The notes under the pieces were generated by a model. The model saw nothing but the letters and a program-made list of their open reading frames with translations, ran no database searches and was not told the origin of the DNA. A DNA stretch of 64,000 nucleotides, from assembly GCF_006345805.1 (NCBI RefSeq), contig NC_043010.1, positions 49,662,001 through 49,726,000 on the forward strand, given 5' to 3'. Of this stretch, positions 25,570-38,726 are shown piece after piece; the first letter of the stretch is position 1; every line of letters starts with the position of its first letter. The position numbers and the translations under genes are program-made. Source of the DNA: Octopus sinensis (Eukaryota).

Positions 25570-26599
25570 TTAAAAATATATTTTGCTACTAATTTCACTT
25601 TTTTTTTTTAATATGGATTTGGGCTAGACAGGATAATTTCACCGAACCCTGAGGCTCTATTGATAATAGAATTGAGTATTTTTATTCAGGCACTGTGCTT
25701 GAAGAGACAGACTCATAACCGCTTAAGTTCCATTGACTGCTGAATGCAGACAAAACAACCAAGTGAGTCTATTCCCCTTGTACAGATTTGACTGAAAGGA
25801 GAAGCAGTGCTGGGGAATTGGAGGGGAATCGCTGATATATTTGGACTGCTAATTTGATTAGTTGTATAATGTACTTAATAGCTAACTGCTTAGTGGAACA
25901 CTTTCTTATAGAAGTATATCTGCTAAATATTAAAATTATCAACAGTAAGCATTGCTTGGCTTCACTTCCAACTTTACATTTGTATTTAATTATTCTGTTT
26001 GATGTTCTGATTTTTTTTTTCCTTTACTGTTTTATCTTTTATTTTATTTTTCCTCTCTTTCATCCAATCTTCAAGATTTTCTTCCCCTTCTCTCTCTAAA
26101 TGTCTAAGTTGTATTTTGTAAGGAGAGTCTAGCTTTTGAAATTTGTGGCTGTATTAGCAATAGAGTTTGTACATATCTTGAAATACAAGCTGATAAACCA
26201 AGCCTCAAGGCTAAGGCCAATATATGAATTGCATAAAGAACTAAGCTTAAGAAAGAAATGAGATGTTTTTCTCTTTAAAGAATTTTTTTATAATGATATA
26301 AATATTTATTTACCCTTGTTTCTTTCAAGGAATAATTTTTTTTTTTAATTAGATTAGTGCTACAAACAGCATTGGCTGACATAGAGAAGGATGTTGAAAC
26401 ATTGAACATCATCAAACGATTAATAACATTTTTGAGTTCAATGTTAAATCGAAGAAAGATGTTTAAGTTAAAGATATGGTTCATCTTGATTTTTTTAGTG
26501 ATTATGGTGATTGAAATTCTTATCTTCTACTGGTTTCAGCCAAAGGCTGGGGCCATGCTGGAACACTGTCATTCAGTGTGCTTGAGTTTCCTTTCTGTA

Positions 26600-26880
26600 C
26601 TGTTTTGACAAAGAAGTGAGTCGGACAGGGTCACTTTTCTTTGTGCCTCCTGCTGTAATGTGGGTTCGGCTGGGATTTCAGATAGAAATTTGTCCTGGGG
26701 TTTTTTGAAGGTCTCGACATCCACACCTTGCAAATCTCTGAGTTTGCTTGGCAGGATGTTAAACAGTTGTGGTTCTCTGAAACCCAAGCTGTTGCAGTAC
26801 TGGGTTCTTATTCAAAATGGCAAAGATCTCATCTTTGGTATTATTATGCGGTGTCGTCCAGTTCAGTGGTTGGTGTAAAG
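26600..26880 (-). mobile_element. LINE (CR1-group) ORF2 3' end
   Basis: Peptide GFREPQLFNILPSKLRDLQGVDVETFKKPQDKFLSEIPAEP matches the LINE C-terminal pattern GP.LFN.LP..IR......FK..LDKFL..IPDEP. Confidence 0.75.
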
Positions 26881-28410
26881 CATTTTATATATATATATAT
26901 AGACACTTTGCTCTGCAGTAATCTATTGATTTCTTAGAAAGTACATTCATCATCATCATCATCATCATTTAACGTCCCTTTTTCCATGCTGGCATGAGTT
27001 GGATGGCTTCACATGAACTGACAATCCAGAAGGCTGCACTCAGTTCCCCCCACCCAATGTTTGCTTAGGCATCATTTGTCTAGCTGGATGCCCTTGCTAA
27101 TGCCAATCATTTCACAGAGTACAGTGAGTGCATTTTTCATGGCCCCAGCACTGGTGAGGTCACCAAGTACTTGCAAGACAAGATCCTTCAACTCAGTTGG
27201 GGATGGTACCGAGAGATAAAAAAAGTATGATAGAGGGACAGGCACAGGAGTCTTGCTGAAGAAGCAAATTCGTGACTTCTCCATCTCTTCCTGCTTTCAT
27301 CATCTCCTTTAAATTCCAACCCTTACTTTTTTTTAAATAGCTTTCTGCATTTCGAATATTTTCATTCATGTATTATTACAAATATAAAATAATGAATATA
27401 AAGTGGGCATGTAAAAATCACTTAGTTTGCTGTTAAATATATTTCACTGTGCAATTTAAATGTTGTAGATTCTATTTCGTAGTTTTACTCATTATTTCTT
27501 ATGAATCACCTAGTTTTAAATTTAAGCTCAGTTGTCTTGATATTTTTGTACAATGATTTTTTTTTCCTCTCTCAGATAATTTTCTATGATCAATGATTTA
27601 TTCAAAACCCTAAGATTTTTAGATTCATTCAAGGATTTTGTTTGATTTTTTTTTTTTATTACCTTTTTGAGATAGTTCAGTTTAAAGATGAGATGTTTCT
27701 GAACTTGATGTTTCCTTCTAGATTTTCGATTTCAGTGCAGCATTTATATTTGGCGTAGCCACTTTACCATATATGGAATTTACAGGCTCTTAAGTTTTGA
27801 ACATCAAACATTTTAGCTCACAAAGTATAATAAATTAAAGACTTTACATCAAATAGAAAATCATAGTCACTTATTTTCTTCGTGTGTGCGTGTGTGTGTG
27901 TGTTGTTTATTTACGTGAAATGCAAATTCTTTAGCAGTGATGCTTTACTTCCTTCATGCAACAATGCAATTGAAGATTGGCTTGTTGATCTTAACTAGTT
28001 ATCTTTGAAGTCTTCTGCTGCTTTGGTTCATGACTTTATTTTGTTTTCATTCTAGATTCCAAGTTTATATACATAGCAGATAATGGATGCTATAAAGCCT
28101 GTAATTGATCTAAGTCAATAGAATCTAAGCCATCTTTGTTCAGTCTCTCATTGATTCTGCTGAATTTGCTTCAGAGCATTGAACTTCTCGCTGTATGCTT
28201 CATTTTGTATAGTCTTATTTTCTCTCTTGACCCAAATCCATTTATTTGAGATATATCGAAGTGTTTGTTGTGTTTTCACAGTTTTAATGCATTGGAGGCA
28301 GAGGAAGTGGTAGAAACTGCAGTGCTGGAACTGAAATGGTTTATAGCATTTAGTTGTATTCCTCTACACTCATAGTTCAAATCCTGTAATTGCTGATTAA
28401 ACCTTTTGGC

Positions 28411-28808
28411 TTTTCTTTTACTCTCTTTTACTTGTTTCAGTCATTTGACTGTGGCCATGCTGGAGCACCGCCTTTAGTCGAGCAAATCGACCCCAGGACT
28501 TATTCTTTGTAAGCCTAGTACTTATTGTATCGGTCTCTTTTGCCGAACCGCTAAGTTACGGGGACGTAAACACACCAGCATCAGTTGTCAAGCGATGTTT
28601 GGGGGGGGGGGGACACAGACACATAAGTATATACACACACACACATACATATATACGACGGGCTTCTTTCAGTTTCCGTCTACTAAATCCATTCACAAGG
28701 CTTTGGTCGGCCCGAGGCTATAGTAGAAGACACTTGCCCAAGGTGCCACACCATGGGACTGAACCTGGAACCATGCGGTTGGTAAGCAAGTTACTTACCA
28801 CACAGCCA
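28411..28808 (-). mobile_element. Family-A SINE, young, 5' truncated
   Basis: Highly similar to 21661-22066. Confidence 0.9.
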
Positions 28809-29447
28809 AACAAGCTCTGAGTTGTTTCAGCTGGCTATATCTCCTTGCATAATAGTTTCTCAATATCTTCAATATCTGAATAGTTGCTTCACAACAAGTT
28901 CTTTTTTTTCTTCTAATTTATTTTTTAAACTAATTTTTCTACATTTGTGTCTATTCTTCAAATTTCTACTGCATAATTAAGCTATTGGCTAATTGATTTA
29001 TTGTTAAGCTGAGATTATCTAAAGAATACGTATGTTGCTGTTTAATCCTGGGTCAACCCTCATAGAACCATCCTATATCGATCAGTTAGCATGTGTCTAG
29101 AACTACATCATCAAATGTTTCCTTTCTTCTTTTTTAAAACATTTTGATGTAAATTTGAGGGAGATTTGGCTGATATTTCTAGCAGTTCAAACAGCTGCAT
29201 AGAGGCTCCCTAGAAATGTCTATCCTTCTGATAGGATAATGAATAAAAATCCTTCCCAAGTCATACAGACTCATAGGGCCAGTTTCCCGGTTCCCATGGC
29301 ATATAAATTCTCCACCTGGATGGGATGTTTGTCTGTCGCAGGATTACTCACTTTTGTCAGCTGAGTTGTTGGAGCAACATGAAGTGAATGAAGTGTTTCA
29401 CTCAAGAACACATGTTGCCCAGTCCAAGAATCAAAACCACACTCTTA

Positions 29448-30225
29448 CAATCGTTTCTCAACCAAGGTTCCTTGGAACCCTGGGGTTCCGCGAGAAAGAG
29501 TGAGATTTGCTAATGATAATTTCATGATCGTAATATTATTATACATGCACAACATATTGGTTATTGTAATATTGTAATATAGACATCATCCTTATCTAAC
29601 CTATTATGTTATCAAAAAAATATAACAACCATTGGGGATATAGTTAGTAATGTCTGTAATTTATGGATAACCTATATATATATATATATATATAGATAGA
29701 TGTGTGTGTGTGTGTGTGTGTATAGGACATCACCAACTGTGTAAACAACATGAAATATGTAGACAAATGAGTTAAATACGTAAACAGCGAAAGAAACAAA
29801 TGGAAAACAGGACAAGTAAGCACAGAGAAATGACCTTTCATCAGTTGTCAGCTGTCTATCAGCTCCTCATTTCGAGCATTCAACGACAATATGAGTCTTC
29901 AAAGACAGTTGTTCCCATAAATTCTAAAATAAAATTTAGGATTTATGGAGGGTCAAAGTTCGGAACAAAAACAGGACAGTAGAGACATACAAGGCGACTG
30001 AATGAAAACAAATATGGAGAGTTGTTAGACCAGAACAAGAGGAAAATAGTGAACGCTGGGAGAAATGTTTTCTGTGGAAAGAGAAAAGATAGAAGAGATC
30101 ATATGAACAATGATGAAAAAAATATGAGAAAGATGTAGTTTATGATTTTTTTTTGTGCAGGGGTTCCTTGAGATATGTAATTTATTTTAAGGGTTATGCA
30201 AGGGTAAAAGAGTTGAGAAACATTG
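29448..30225. mobile_element. hAT-like MITE interrupted by another repeat (~29700-30080)
   Basis: Ends caatcgtttctcaac / gttgagaaacattg (Charlie-type cagtg..ctcaa termini). No clear TSD. Confidence 0.55.
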
Positions 30226-30853
30226 AACAACTAAGCTACATGCCTCCACCTTTCCTTCTGATAGTCTGATAGTCTATGAATGAAAAGTTATTAAACTGGG
30301 ACTGAAACCTATTTGGTCTAATTGAATGTTTACTTTCTACTATTCTACCGAGTAGTTTCACAGTGTCTATCCATGTACATGCAATGCTTCATAATAAGTT
30401 CCACATTGTTTTTTGCATGATTATAAAATACCTACCATTCAAGTGATCTAATTAGTAGTACATTTCTTATTTTTTAACTGAAGAGTTGGTATTTTGGGTT
30501 CAGATAAGTATGTCTTCTAATTGATATTATTTGCCTTTAAACATTTAAAATTACTATATTTGTAATCATGGCAAAGGCTTTTTTTTTTTTGTTTTCAGAT
30601 TTATAATTCATACTTCATCACTCTAGAATTGTATTTGTTTCCATTTTATATCATCGTCATCATCATCACTTAACATTTGTTTTCAATGCTGGCATGGGTT
30701 AGATGATTTGACCAGAGCTGGTAACCTGGAGGTCTACACCAAGCTCCAGTTATTTGTTTTGGCTTGGTTTCTATGGCTGGATGCCCTTCCTAATGCCAAC
30801 CACTTTGCAAGGCATGCTGGGTGTCAGCAGCACGTGTCACCAGTGCAGATTTC

Positions 30854-30997
30854 TTTTACATATCACTGGCATGGGTGCCTTGTGCCCTTTATGTATCACT
30901 AGCACAAATGCCTTTTACATATCACCAGCATGGGTGCCCTGTGCCCTTTATGTATCACTAGCACAAATGCCTTTTACATGTCACCAGCATGGGTGCC
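30854..30997. repeat. 59-bp tandem repeat (~2.4 copies) inside an RTE 3' UTR
   Basis: Unit ttttacatatcaccagcatgggtgccctgtgccctttatgtatcactagcacaaatgcc starts at 30854, 30913 and 30972. Confidence 0.9.
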
Positions 30998-32248
30998 TCG
31001 GAAATGCATTCAGCTGGTTATATAAAATTTACCTTCAGTTTATCCACATTATAGTTTCCCCACATGTTAGATCAACCGATAATTGGACGCATCTGATTCC
31101 TCTCAGCCACCCCCATTGATTCCTGCCACACACAAACTTCCATGAGTTTTCTTTGTTAGAAGCCTATTTCCTCTGTAATAAATCTTTTTCATCTGGTCAG
31201 CAAGGTTTTTTTCATGCAGCCAACTTAACCTTTTCACCCAGTAACCATAAGTAAATAATGGGCTTTACCAGGTGTTTCCCCAGTTCTTTATTTTGACATT
31301 GGTGTAATGTTTTCTTTCTGAATCACATCGTTTCTTACACTCACTTTATTTATTAACCCATGCAGTGATGGCAGGCATTATAGCTTCTGTTTTCTGACCA
31401 AATAACTTTTCCCAGACACAGTTGTTTTTTTCTTTTAGTATCACCCTGCTTCATCTATGAAAATATTTTGCTAATATTGAATTTTCGAAATACATCTTTT
31501 CCTTTTACATTTCCTCACTGAATGTATTCACTTTTTGTTTATTATTTTCATTTGTTTGTCTTTATTTTGATTTTGTTCTTTTTTTTCCATTTGTCTAGTA
31601 ATTTCCCACTCCCCACCATTCACTATGGTGACCTAGTTCCCTTACCAAATTCCTCTGACTTTATTTTTAGCAGAATTTCCCTTTCTAGATGTTTATTGAT
31701 ACAGTGTTTATTTGGACTTTTCATTCTCATTCCTGGTTCTAAGTACTATTAAATTTCAACCAGTAGAAATACTGGTTGCTATCAGATATCAAGAAGCATT
31801 TATAGTTAGACTTTGGGTGGAAGGGTATTGGAGTAGGAACTAATATTAGGGAGTCTGCTTTGGCAATGGCAATTTCTAGTTTGTCGCTTTGTGCTTTTTT
31901 AAGCAAAAATCCCATTGTGGCTGATTTAACATTGCATTCCTTAACTGGGCTGTACAATAAGCATCTGAGATATTCTCCATGTTGACTGAAGCATTTATAT
32001 TCTACTTTCCTTTAACCTTTTCGTTACCATATTTCTCTCAAAATACAGTCTTTGTTTCTAGTATAATTTTGGAAATTGTGAAGAATTTAGTACAACAGCT
32101 GTCATAAAATAGCTGTGAATAATAAGCAGGTGTTTGAAACAACAGGAAATTTTCATAGATACTTTTAATTCAGTTCACTTTAAAGTAGGAAGTTTGTATT
32201 AGAGAAATGGAGGTGGTTTCAGGTGGGTTGATAGCAAAAGGGTTTACA

Positions 32249-32740
32249 GGTGCAGGTGTGGCTGTATGGTAAGAAGTTTGTTCCCCAACTATATGGTTCC
32301 AGGTTCAGTACCACTTTGTGGAACCCTGGGCAAGTGTCTTCTGCTATAGCTCTGGGCCAACCAAATTCTTGTAAATAAATCTGGTAAACAGAAACTGAAA
32401 GAAATTCATTCTGTTTGTATATGTGTGTGTGTATGTATATATATTTATGGGTATATATATGTGTATATGTATATATATGTATATGGGTATATGTTTATAT
32501 ATGTGTGTGTGTGTGTATATATATATCTATGTGTTCATGCCTTTGTGTTTGTCCCCCCACCACCACCACTTGATAAATCAGTGTTGGTTTACACTGCAGT
32601 AGCTTAGCTGTTCAGCAAAAAAGGAGCAATAGAATAAGTACCAGGCTTTAAGAATATAAGTACTGGAATGTATTTGTTCAACTAAATCCTTCAAGGTAGT
32701 GCCCCAGCATGGCAGCAGTCTGATAACTGAAACAAAAGAT
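32249..32740 (+). mobile_element. Family-A SINE, older
   Basis: Head, core and tail recognisable. Confidence 0.75.
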
Positions 32741-33503
32741 TAAAAACAAAATTCCTTTGTATCTTTAAAAATATGATATGAAATGGTTGGAAAACTATTC
32801 TGCTAAGGATCTTTTAAAAGTTTTTAAAGCATTCTTCTATTTACTTTTCTATGTTACCATAACCATCTTACTCATTAACTTAGTATTCTAAGTATTTTTT
32901 TTCTAACCAGTGTTGTGGGCTTCATTTGTTCAATTCACCAGCTCCTAGCATGAATGAATGCTTTGTATAATAATTCTTGTATATTCTCTGTAACTGTTTT
33001 CTATATTCTTTCTTGAAACACAAATATATCATTCAAATATGAAAAACTTAAAATGATAATGATGTCTGAAACTTGGCACAAAGCCACCAATTTTTAGGTG
33101 AGAGATGAATGTAACTGACTGAATGAATTAACTTTAATGTTTATTGTTGTGGAGGGACAAAAGACAAAGGGAAGTAAATATTGTGAGACATTTTGTCAGC
33201 AACTAAAATATGTTGTTGTTATTGTGAAAATAGGGAAATGTCTTTATCTTTTTTATTATCTTTTACTTGTTTGTCATTGGATTGCAGCCATTCTGGGGCA
33301 CCACCTTGAAGGATTTAGTCAAACAAATCAACCCCAGTACTTATAATAAAAGCTTAGTACTTATAATAATAGTCTCTGTTGTGAACTGCTAAGTTACAAG
33401 GATGTAAACAAACCAACATCAGCTGGTTTCTTTTGGGCAAGCAGAATGATAGATAATCAATTGTAAATAATCCTAATCAAGTGTTGTTTTTATCTTTTAA
33501 AAT

Positions 33504-34142
33504 CAGTGGGTTTCAACCAGGGTCCATATGAGATTTTGTTGTTAAAATTTATCTCCAATAACTTGGTTATACTCTTATAATTCAGAAAATATTTTAACAA
33601 TTTTTTTTTACAACTCCTAATGATATAGGCGCAGGAGTGGCTGTGTGGTAAGTAGCTTGCTTACCAACTACATGGTTCCGGGTTCAGTCCCACTGTGTGG
33701 CACCTTGGGCAAGTGTCTTCTACTATAGCCTCAGGCTGACCAAAGCCTTATGAGTGTATTTTGTAGACAGAAACTGAAAGAAGTCCATCGTATATATATA
33801 TATGTATGTATGTATGTGTGTATATGTTTGTCCCCCCAACATTGCTTGATAACCAATGCTAGTGTGTTTATATCCCTGTAACTTAGCGGTTCGGTAAAAG
33901 AGACCAATAGAATAAGTACTAGGCTTACAAAGAACAAGTCCTGGGGTCGATTTGCTCAACTAAAGGTGGTGCTCCAGCATGGCCGCAGTCAAATGACTGA
34001 AACAAGTAAAAGAGTAAAGAGTATATTTGATTATAAAAATATAGTTGGATTTTAAAAAAAATATTGAATGGTTCATAAAGGTCCATCCAAGTAAAATAGG
34101 GATCAAAGGGGTCCATAGTAAAGAAGTAGTTGAGAATCATTG
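33504..34142. mobile_element. hAT-like MITE with a young family-A SINE (33628-34022, +) inserted
   Basis: Ends cagtgggtttcaacc / gttgagaatcattg. The full-length SINE starts ggcgcaggagtggctgtgtggtaag. Confidence 0.65.
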
Positions 34143-34568
34143 CTTTAAATTGTCATGTTTTCTAATATCTCACTAATTTTTGTGTTGTGAGAGTTGGTAT
34201 GAACCAATTAAGAATATGGTTCACATCAGTTGTATACTTTATATTCACATATTTTCAGGAAGATGAACCTTCTGAGTTCAAATTCTTTTTACTGAGGAAA
34301 ATGTTTCGCATGCTTATACACATAGTTATAAATAACGCATGTGAATGTGAACATATGAAACTATAAACACTTGTCAAAACATAGAAACTCTTTCCCTGTA
34401 TGAAAGAAAGCCAGTCTCTACGAAAACCTGTGTAAGAAATGTGATATTTTATGGCTGTTAAACAGATGATCTGCATTGGTTTGAGAGGAACAATTATGGT
34501 CTGATGGAATATACAAAGTTTATTTGTTAGAATGGTTGAAAGCAACTGATTTCAAAAAGTGAGAGGGT

Positions 34569-34795
34569 TTAATCCATTAGTATTCAGATTTCTCTGTTGA
34601 GTAATGCTTATTTATTCACGTTTTTTCAAGTCAGTACTGTATTATCTTGTTTTGAGATTTTGAAGATGTGATTGTTTATTTTTAGAATGACACTGCAAGG
34701 TAGGAGATGTGAGCGTCTGGATCAGGTCAGGCTTGAACATAGAAGAGGTAGAATATTTGGGCTGGATATGGCTGGTTTAAATACTAAAGGATTAA
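34569..34795 (+). mobile_element. TTAA-flanked piggyBac-like MITE (family D)
   Basis: Same internal sequence as 36397-36608, 42354-42576, 53801-53950 (reverse) and 55220-55560 (reverse). Confidence 0.6.
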
Positions 34796-35394
34796 AGATA
34801 TTTGCCAATATGTATGAGGAAGATCAATGAATGTACTAGCCTGGAAAAGTTATGGGAAATGAAAGTTAGCATGAAGAGTGGAAAGCTACTTCATCATCAT
34901 CATTTAACATCCATTGTCCCTGCTGGCATGGGTTGGTTGGTTTGACCAGGGCTGTTAAGCTGAGGGACTGCATCAGACTCCAATCTGATTTGGCATGGTT
35001 TTCTATGGCTAGATGCCCTTCCTAATGCCAACCACTCTGAGACTGTAATGTGTGCTTTTACATGCCACTGGCACAGGTACCAGTTGTGTGACACTAGTAT
35101 CTACCATGACTATGATTTCACTTGGCTTGATGGGTCTTCTTCTCATGCACAACATATCGCTAAAGGGCTCGGTCATTTGTCATTGCCTCTGTGAGGCCCA
35201 GCACTCAAAAGGTGCTTTTTGCTGTGAATTATTGGTGAAAGGCATCTATGCTGAAGTTTTATCAAGGAAGACTTGTTTAGTTATTGTTAATTCATACATG
35301 ATTTTGTTTGGCCCTAACAGATGGAATGATTTACAATTGTGATCTGTTGACTGATAAATGCTTTAGAACAGGCCCTTCAGTCAATATCACTATA

Positions 35395-35780
35395 GTTGCA
35401 GATATGGCTGTGTGCTTTGCAGACATGTAGTTTCTGGTTCAGTCCCATTGCATGGCACTTTAGGAAAGAGTCTTCTACCACAGATCCAGGCTGACTAACC
35501 ACTCCTTGTGAGTGAATTTGGTTGATGGAAACTCTGTGGAAGCCCCTTATGTGTGTGTGTGTTTGTGTCTGTATTTGTTCCACTCCCATCCCTACATGAT
35601 AACTTCTGTTGGTTCGTTTACATCCCTATAACCTAACAGTTTGGTAAAGAGACTGGTGGAATAGGTATCAGACTTCAAAAAAAAAAGTACTGGAGTCACT
35701 CTATTTATTCAAAAAATCTTTCTATGTGGTGCCCCAGTATGGCCAGGGTCCAATGACTGAAACAAAAGATAAAAGAAAGA
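35395..35780 (+). mobile_element. Family-A SINE, older, ending ~85 bp upstream of the exon acceptor
   Basis: Head, core and tail recognisable. Confidence 0.7.
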
Positions 35781-35866
35781 CAAAATAGACCTTAAACTGA
35801 TAGCTTTGTATATATAAAATAAAAATTTTATTCTGATAACATTCTTTTTTTTTTTTTCTATTATAG

Positions 35867-36070
35867 GAAGGAGATGACAATTTTCCATCGATATCAGAGT
35901 ACCCAAATTTAAAAGAATCTGTTAAAAGCTGGGTGGACTACCAAGATGGACAGAAAATACTGTTGACAACTCCAACAGTTTTAGTTGGGTACCGAGTAGA
36001 AGTCTATCGTGCTGAAGGAACAACGCAATGGTACACTGCTGTTATCAAAGCCTATAACCATGCTTCACAA
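35867..36070 (+). CDS. KDM3: Internal coding exon of the KDM3/JMJD1C-family gene; 68 codons, phase 0/0
   Basis: Poly-T + ttatag acceptor and CAA|GTAAGT donor, with no stops. Peptide EGDDNFPSISEYPNLKESVKSWVDYQDGQKILLTTPTVLVGYRVEVYRAEGTTQWYTAVIKAYNHASQ resembles KDM3B ...[44 protein letters not shown]... (recalled). Missing from the ORF track because it has no start codon. Confidence 0.88.
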
Positions 36071-38726
36071 GTAAGTTTTTTCTTCTTTTTTTATATTTGC
36101 TTTTGTAAATGAAGTTAAATGTACTGTTCTGTTTTGTTATTTGTTCTGTTTAACAACAATAAATGAGAAATGAATTAATATGGAATCAGGGTAACTACGT
36201 ATCGCTTAAATATACTTATTTGCTTTAAGAATGAATTTAAGAATTTTTACTTGATTTATAAAATTTTGAAGTCAAAAAAATCGGAGTTTGGGAAAATGAC
36301 ATTAGAATTTTTTTTATACCTGAGAATGTTATCAAAATATATGAAAGTAACAAAATACCACTTTTATACCTGAGAATGCCATCAAAATACCATTCCTAAC
36401 CTTTTTTCAGATTATTCTATCAAATGTAGTGCTTATTTATTCACATTGTTTTGAATTAATCGTGCATTATCTTTTGGCTTAAAAAATTTGATAATGTGAT
36501 TGTTATTTTTAGAATTACATTGCAGAGTAAGTGTAAGAGGCTGGTTTGAATATAAAACAGTTAGACTATTTGGGCCAGATATGGCCAGTTTAAATGTTAT
36601 AAGGTTGAATATAACAAAAAATTGCCATGCATGTAATGCAACCATATTATAGATGGTATTCTGGGTGTATGGTGAAACATAGTAAATCTGAATTTTCTAC
36701 AAAATATACTTTCCCACAAAGAAATAAGGGTTCATCTTTAGTGAGAATGCACCTTATACACCAGCAAATATGGTATTTGGATTTGCTTAGATATATGGTT
36801 ATTTAAGTAATGCAATGAATTGCATTTTTATGATAAAGTAACATCTATGTGTTGATATTAGACTTAATCTTTTTTATTATTGTTGTCAATTTTTGGTTAT
36901 TTAGTTTCAAGTTTTAAGTAACTTCTATTTTATAAAATAGAAAAAACACTTTTTTAAAATTCATTATCTGTTTAAAAATTTTATTTTTCATTTATCTATT
37001 TATATAAATATATTTTTTTCCAAATTGTATTTTTTTATAATTTGAAGAAGAAAACAAAATTTATGTCATGAGATTTCTGTCTGCTAACATAAAAAAAAAG
37101 CAAAAAGTGTTTTTTTTTTTTTTTTTTTTTTGAATTTGTTGTCATCTTTCAAAATGAGAATAAATCTCCTTTGTGTAGTTTAGTCTTTCATGCTCGAACT
37201 TAAATTTAGCTTTACAGCCATCATGAAATCTTACCAGTGGTCTGTTTGTGTAGCTAAATCACAATAAATATAATGAAATGTATTTTGTATGGGTTGTCAC
37301 ATGAAACAGTTTTTCAGCAGATGTGAGAGAACTGCAAGGTTAGCATAATGGACATTTTTTGACTGAAGTTGGAAATTTAAAAAAAAAAAAACACTTGGGG
37401 GGGAATGTATCAATATGTCGGACATGATTTAATATTTCTTTCAATGTATTCCAATTTTTAAAAATAGTTTAGTAGAATGTTTTCATATTTTCTTTTTTAT
37501 ATGTATCAATATTACTATTTATTTATTAATTTTTTTTTTTTAGTTTTGTTTTGTAATCTTTATTTTTCTGTAAACAAAAATAAACAGCAAAGTGAAAATA
37601 GTGCATTTTGCTGAAGCCCCATTTAACTTGATAATATGCAACACGGCATTTACAAAGCAAGAGCTGATTAATCAAATAAGGTTAAAGAATTGTCTTCCTT
37701 GGTTATGTGATACGATGCACTTAAGTGGAAGAGATGAAAAGAACATAGCCACAGTGTTTTATTTGAAGAAGCAGCAAACACGATTAATGTTAATATATGA
37801 CTTTCTTGGACAGTTTTAATACTATCTTGTAGAAACTTCAGATTAGGCTTCAGGGTAGACAATCAGCTACAAATTTTATATATAAAGTATCAAAACCAAG
37901 ATTTGTTTGGGAAAAAAGTAGTAGCAAAGAAATTATAGAATATTTGGTGTATATGTCTGTATTTGTGTGTGTGTGTGTGTTATATTATTGTATTGTCACC
38001 ATCATCATCATTGTTTTGATGCTTGCATGGGTCAGACAAATTTATTGAGGCTGAGTTCTTCCTACAGCTAGGTGCTCTTCCTGTTGCTAACCCTCACCTG
38101 TTTCTAAGCAAGATATTCTCCTTAACCATTCAAATAATGATATTACAATGGCTTGGTATGTTTTTAACGAACAGTTCAAACAGCGTTACTTATATACTGG
38201 GGATGTATATGTCTTTGTGTGTGTTTGTCTTCCATCACCGCTTGACAACCGGTGTTGGTGTGTCTATGTCCCCATAACTTAGCAGTTTAGCAAAAGAGAC
38301 CGATAGAATAAGTACTAGGCTTAAAAAATAAGTCCTGGGGTCAATTTGTTCAGCTAAAACCCTTCAAGGTGGTGCTCCAGCATGGCTGCATTCAGATGTC
38401 TGAAACAAGTAAAAGAATAAAAGAATATATATATCGGGTCATTAAGAATGAAAGTTTATTCATATATAAATTACTTGCAGGGAGACCATATTTTGTTATG
38501 CATTCAAGTACATTAAAAGCTTTGTTAGTCAATACTGGGTCCTATTGTGTTAGCAGTGCTATTAAATCACTTTTTAAGGTTATCTCTATAGATTTTCTAT
38601 AGAAATTATAGCCCGCACTGATTTTTTGTTTCTTATCTGAATATATATCTAAATTAATCAGTGCATCTGAAGATAAGAAAATAAGTAGCAGATGTATATG
38701 AATATTTATATATACCTGTATAACCA

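Larger units (their letters stand above)
167..35866 (+). other. 35.7-kb GT-AG phase-0 intron of the KDM3-family gene
   Basis: Begins gtaagc and ends (t)n-ctattatag. Joining the flanking exons gives ...IINYK|EGDDNF..., collinear with KDM3B ...HLFQ|MGTDSQ... as recalled. Confidence 0.75.

Noticed and set aside
26357-26608. ORF resembling a tail-anchored coiled-coil plus transmembrane protein
   Set aside because: The C-terminal part comes from a SINE tail and the hydrophobic stretch reflects T-richness. It has no true ATG start and no recognisable homology.
27575-30600. Strong acceptor-like sites at ~27575 and ~30598
   Set aside because: No matching donor or sensible frame nearby; expected by chance in T-rich introns.
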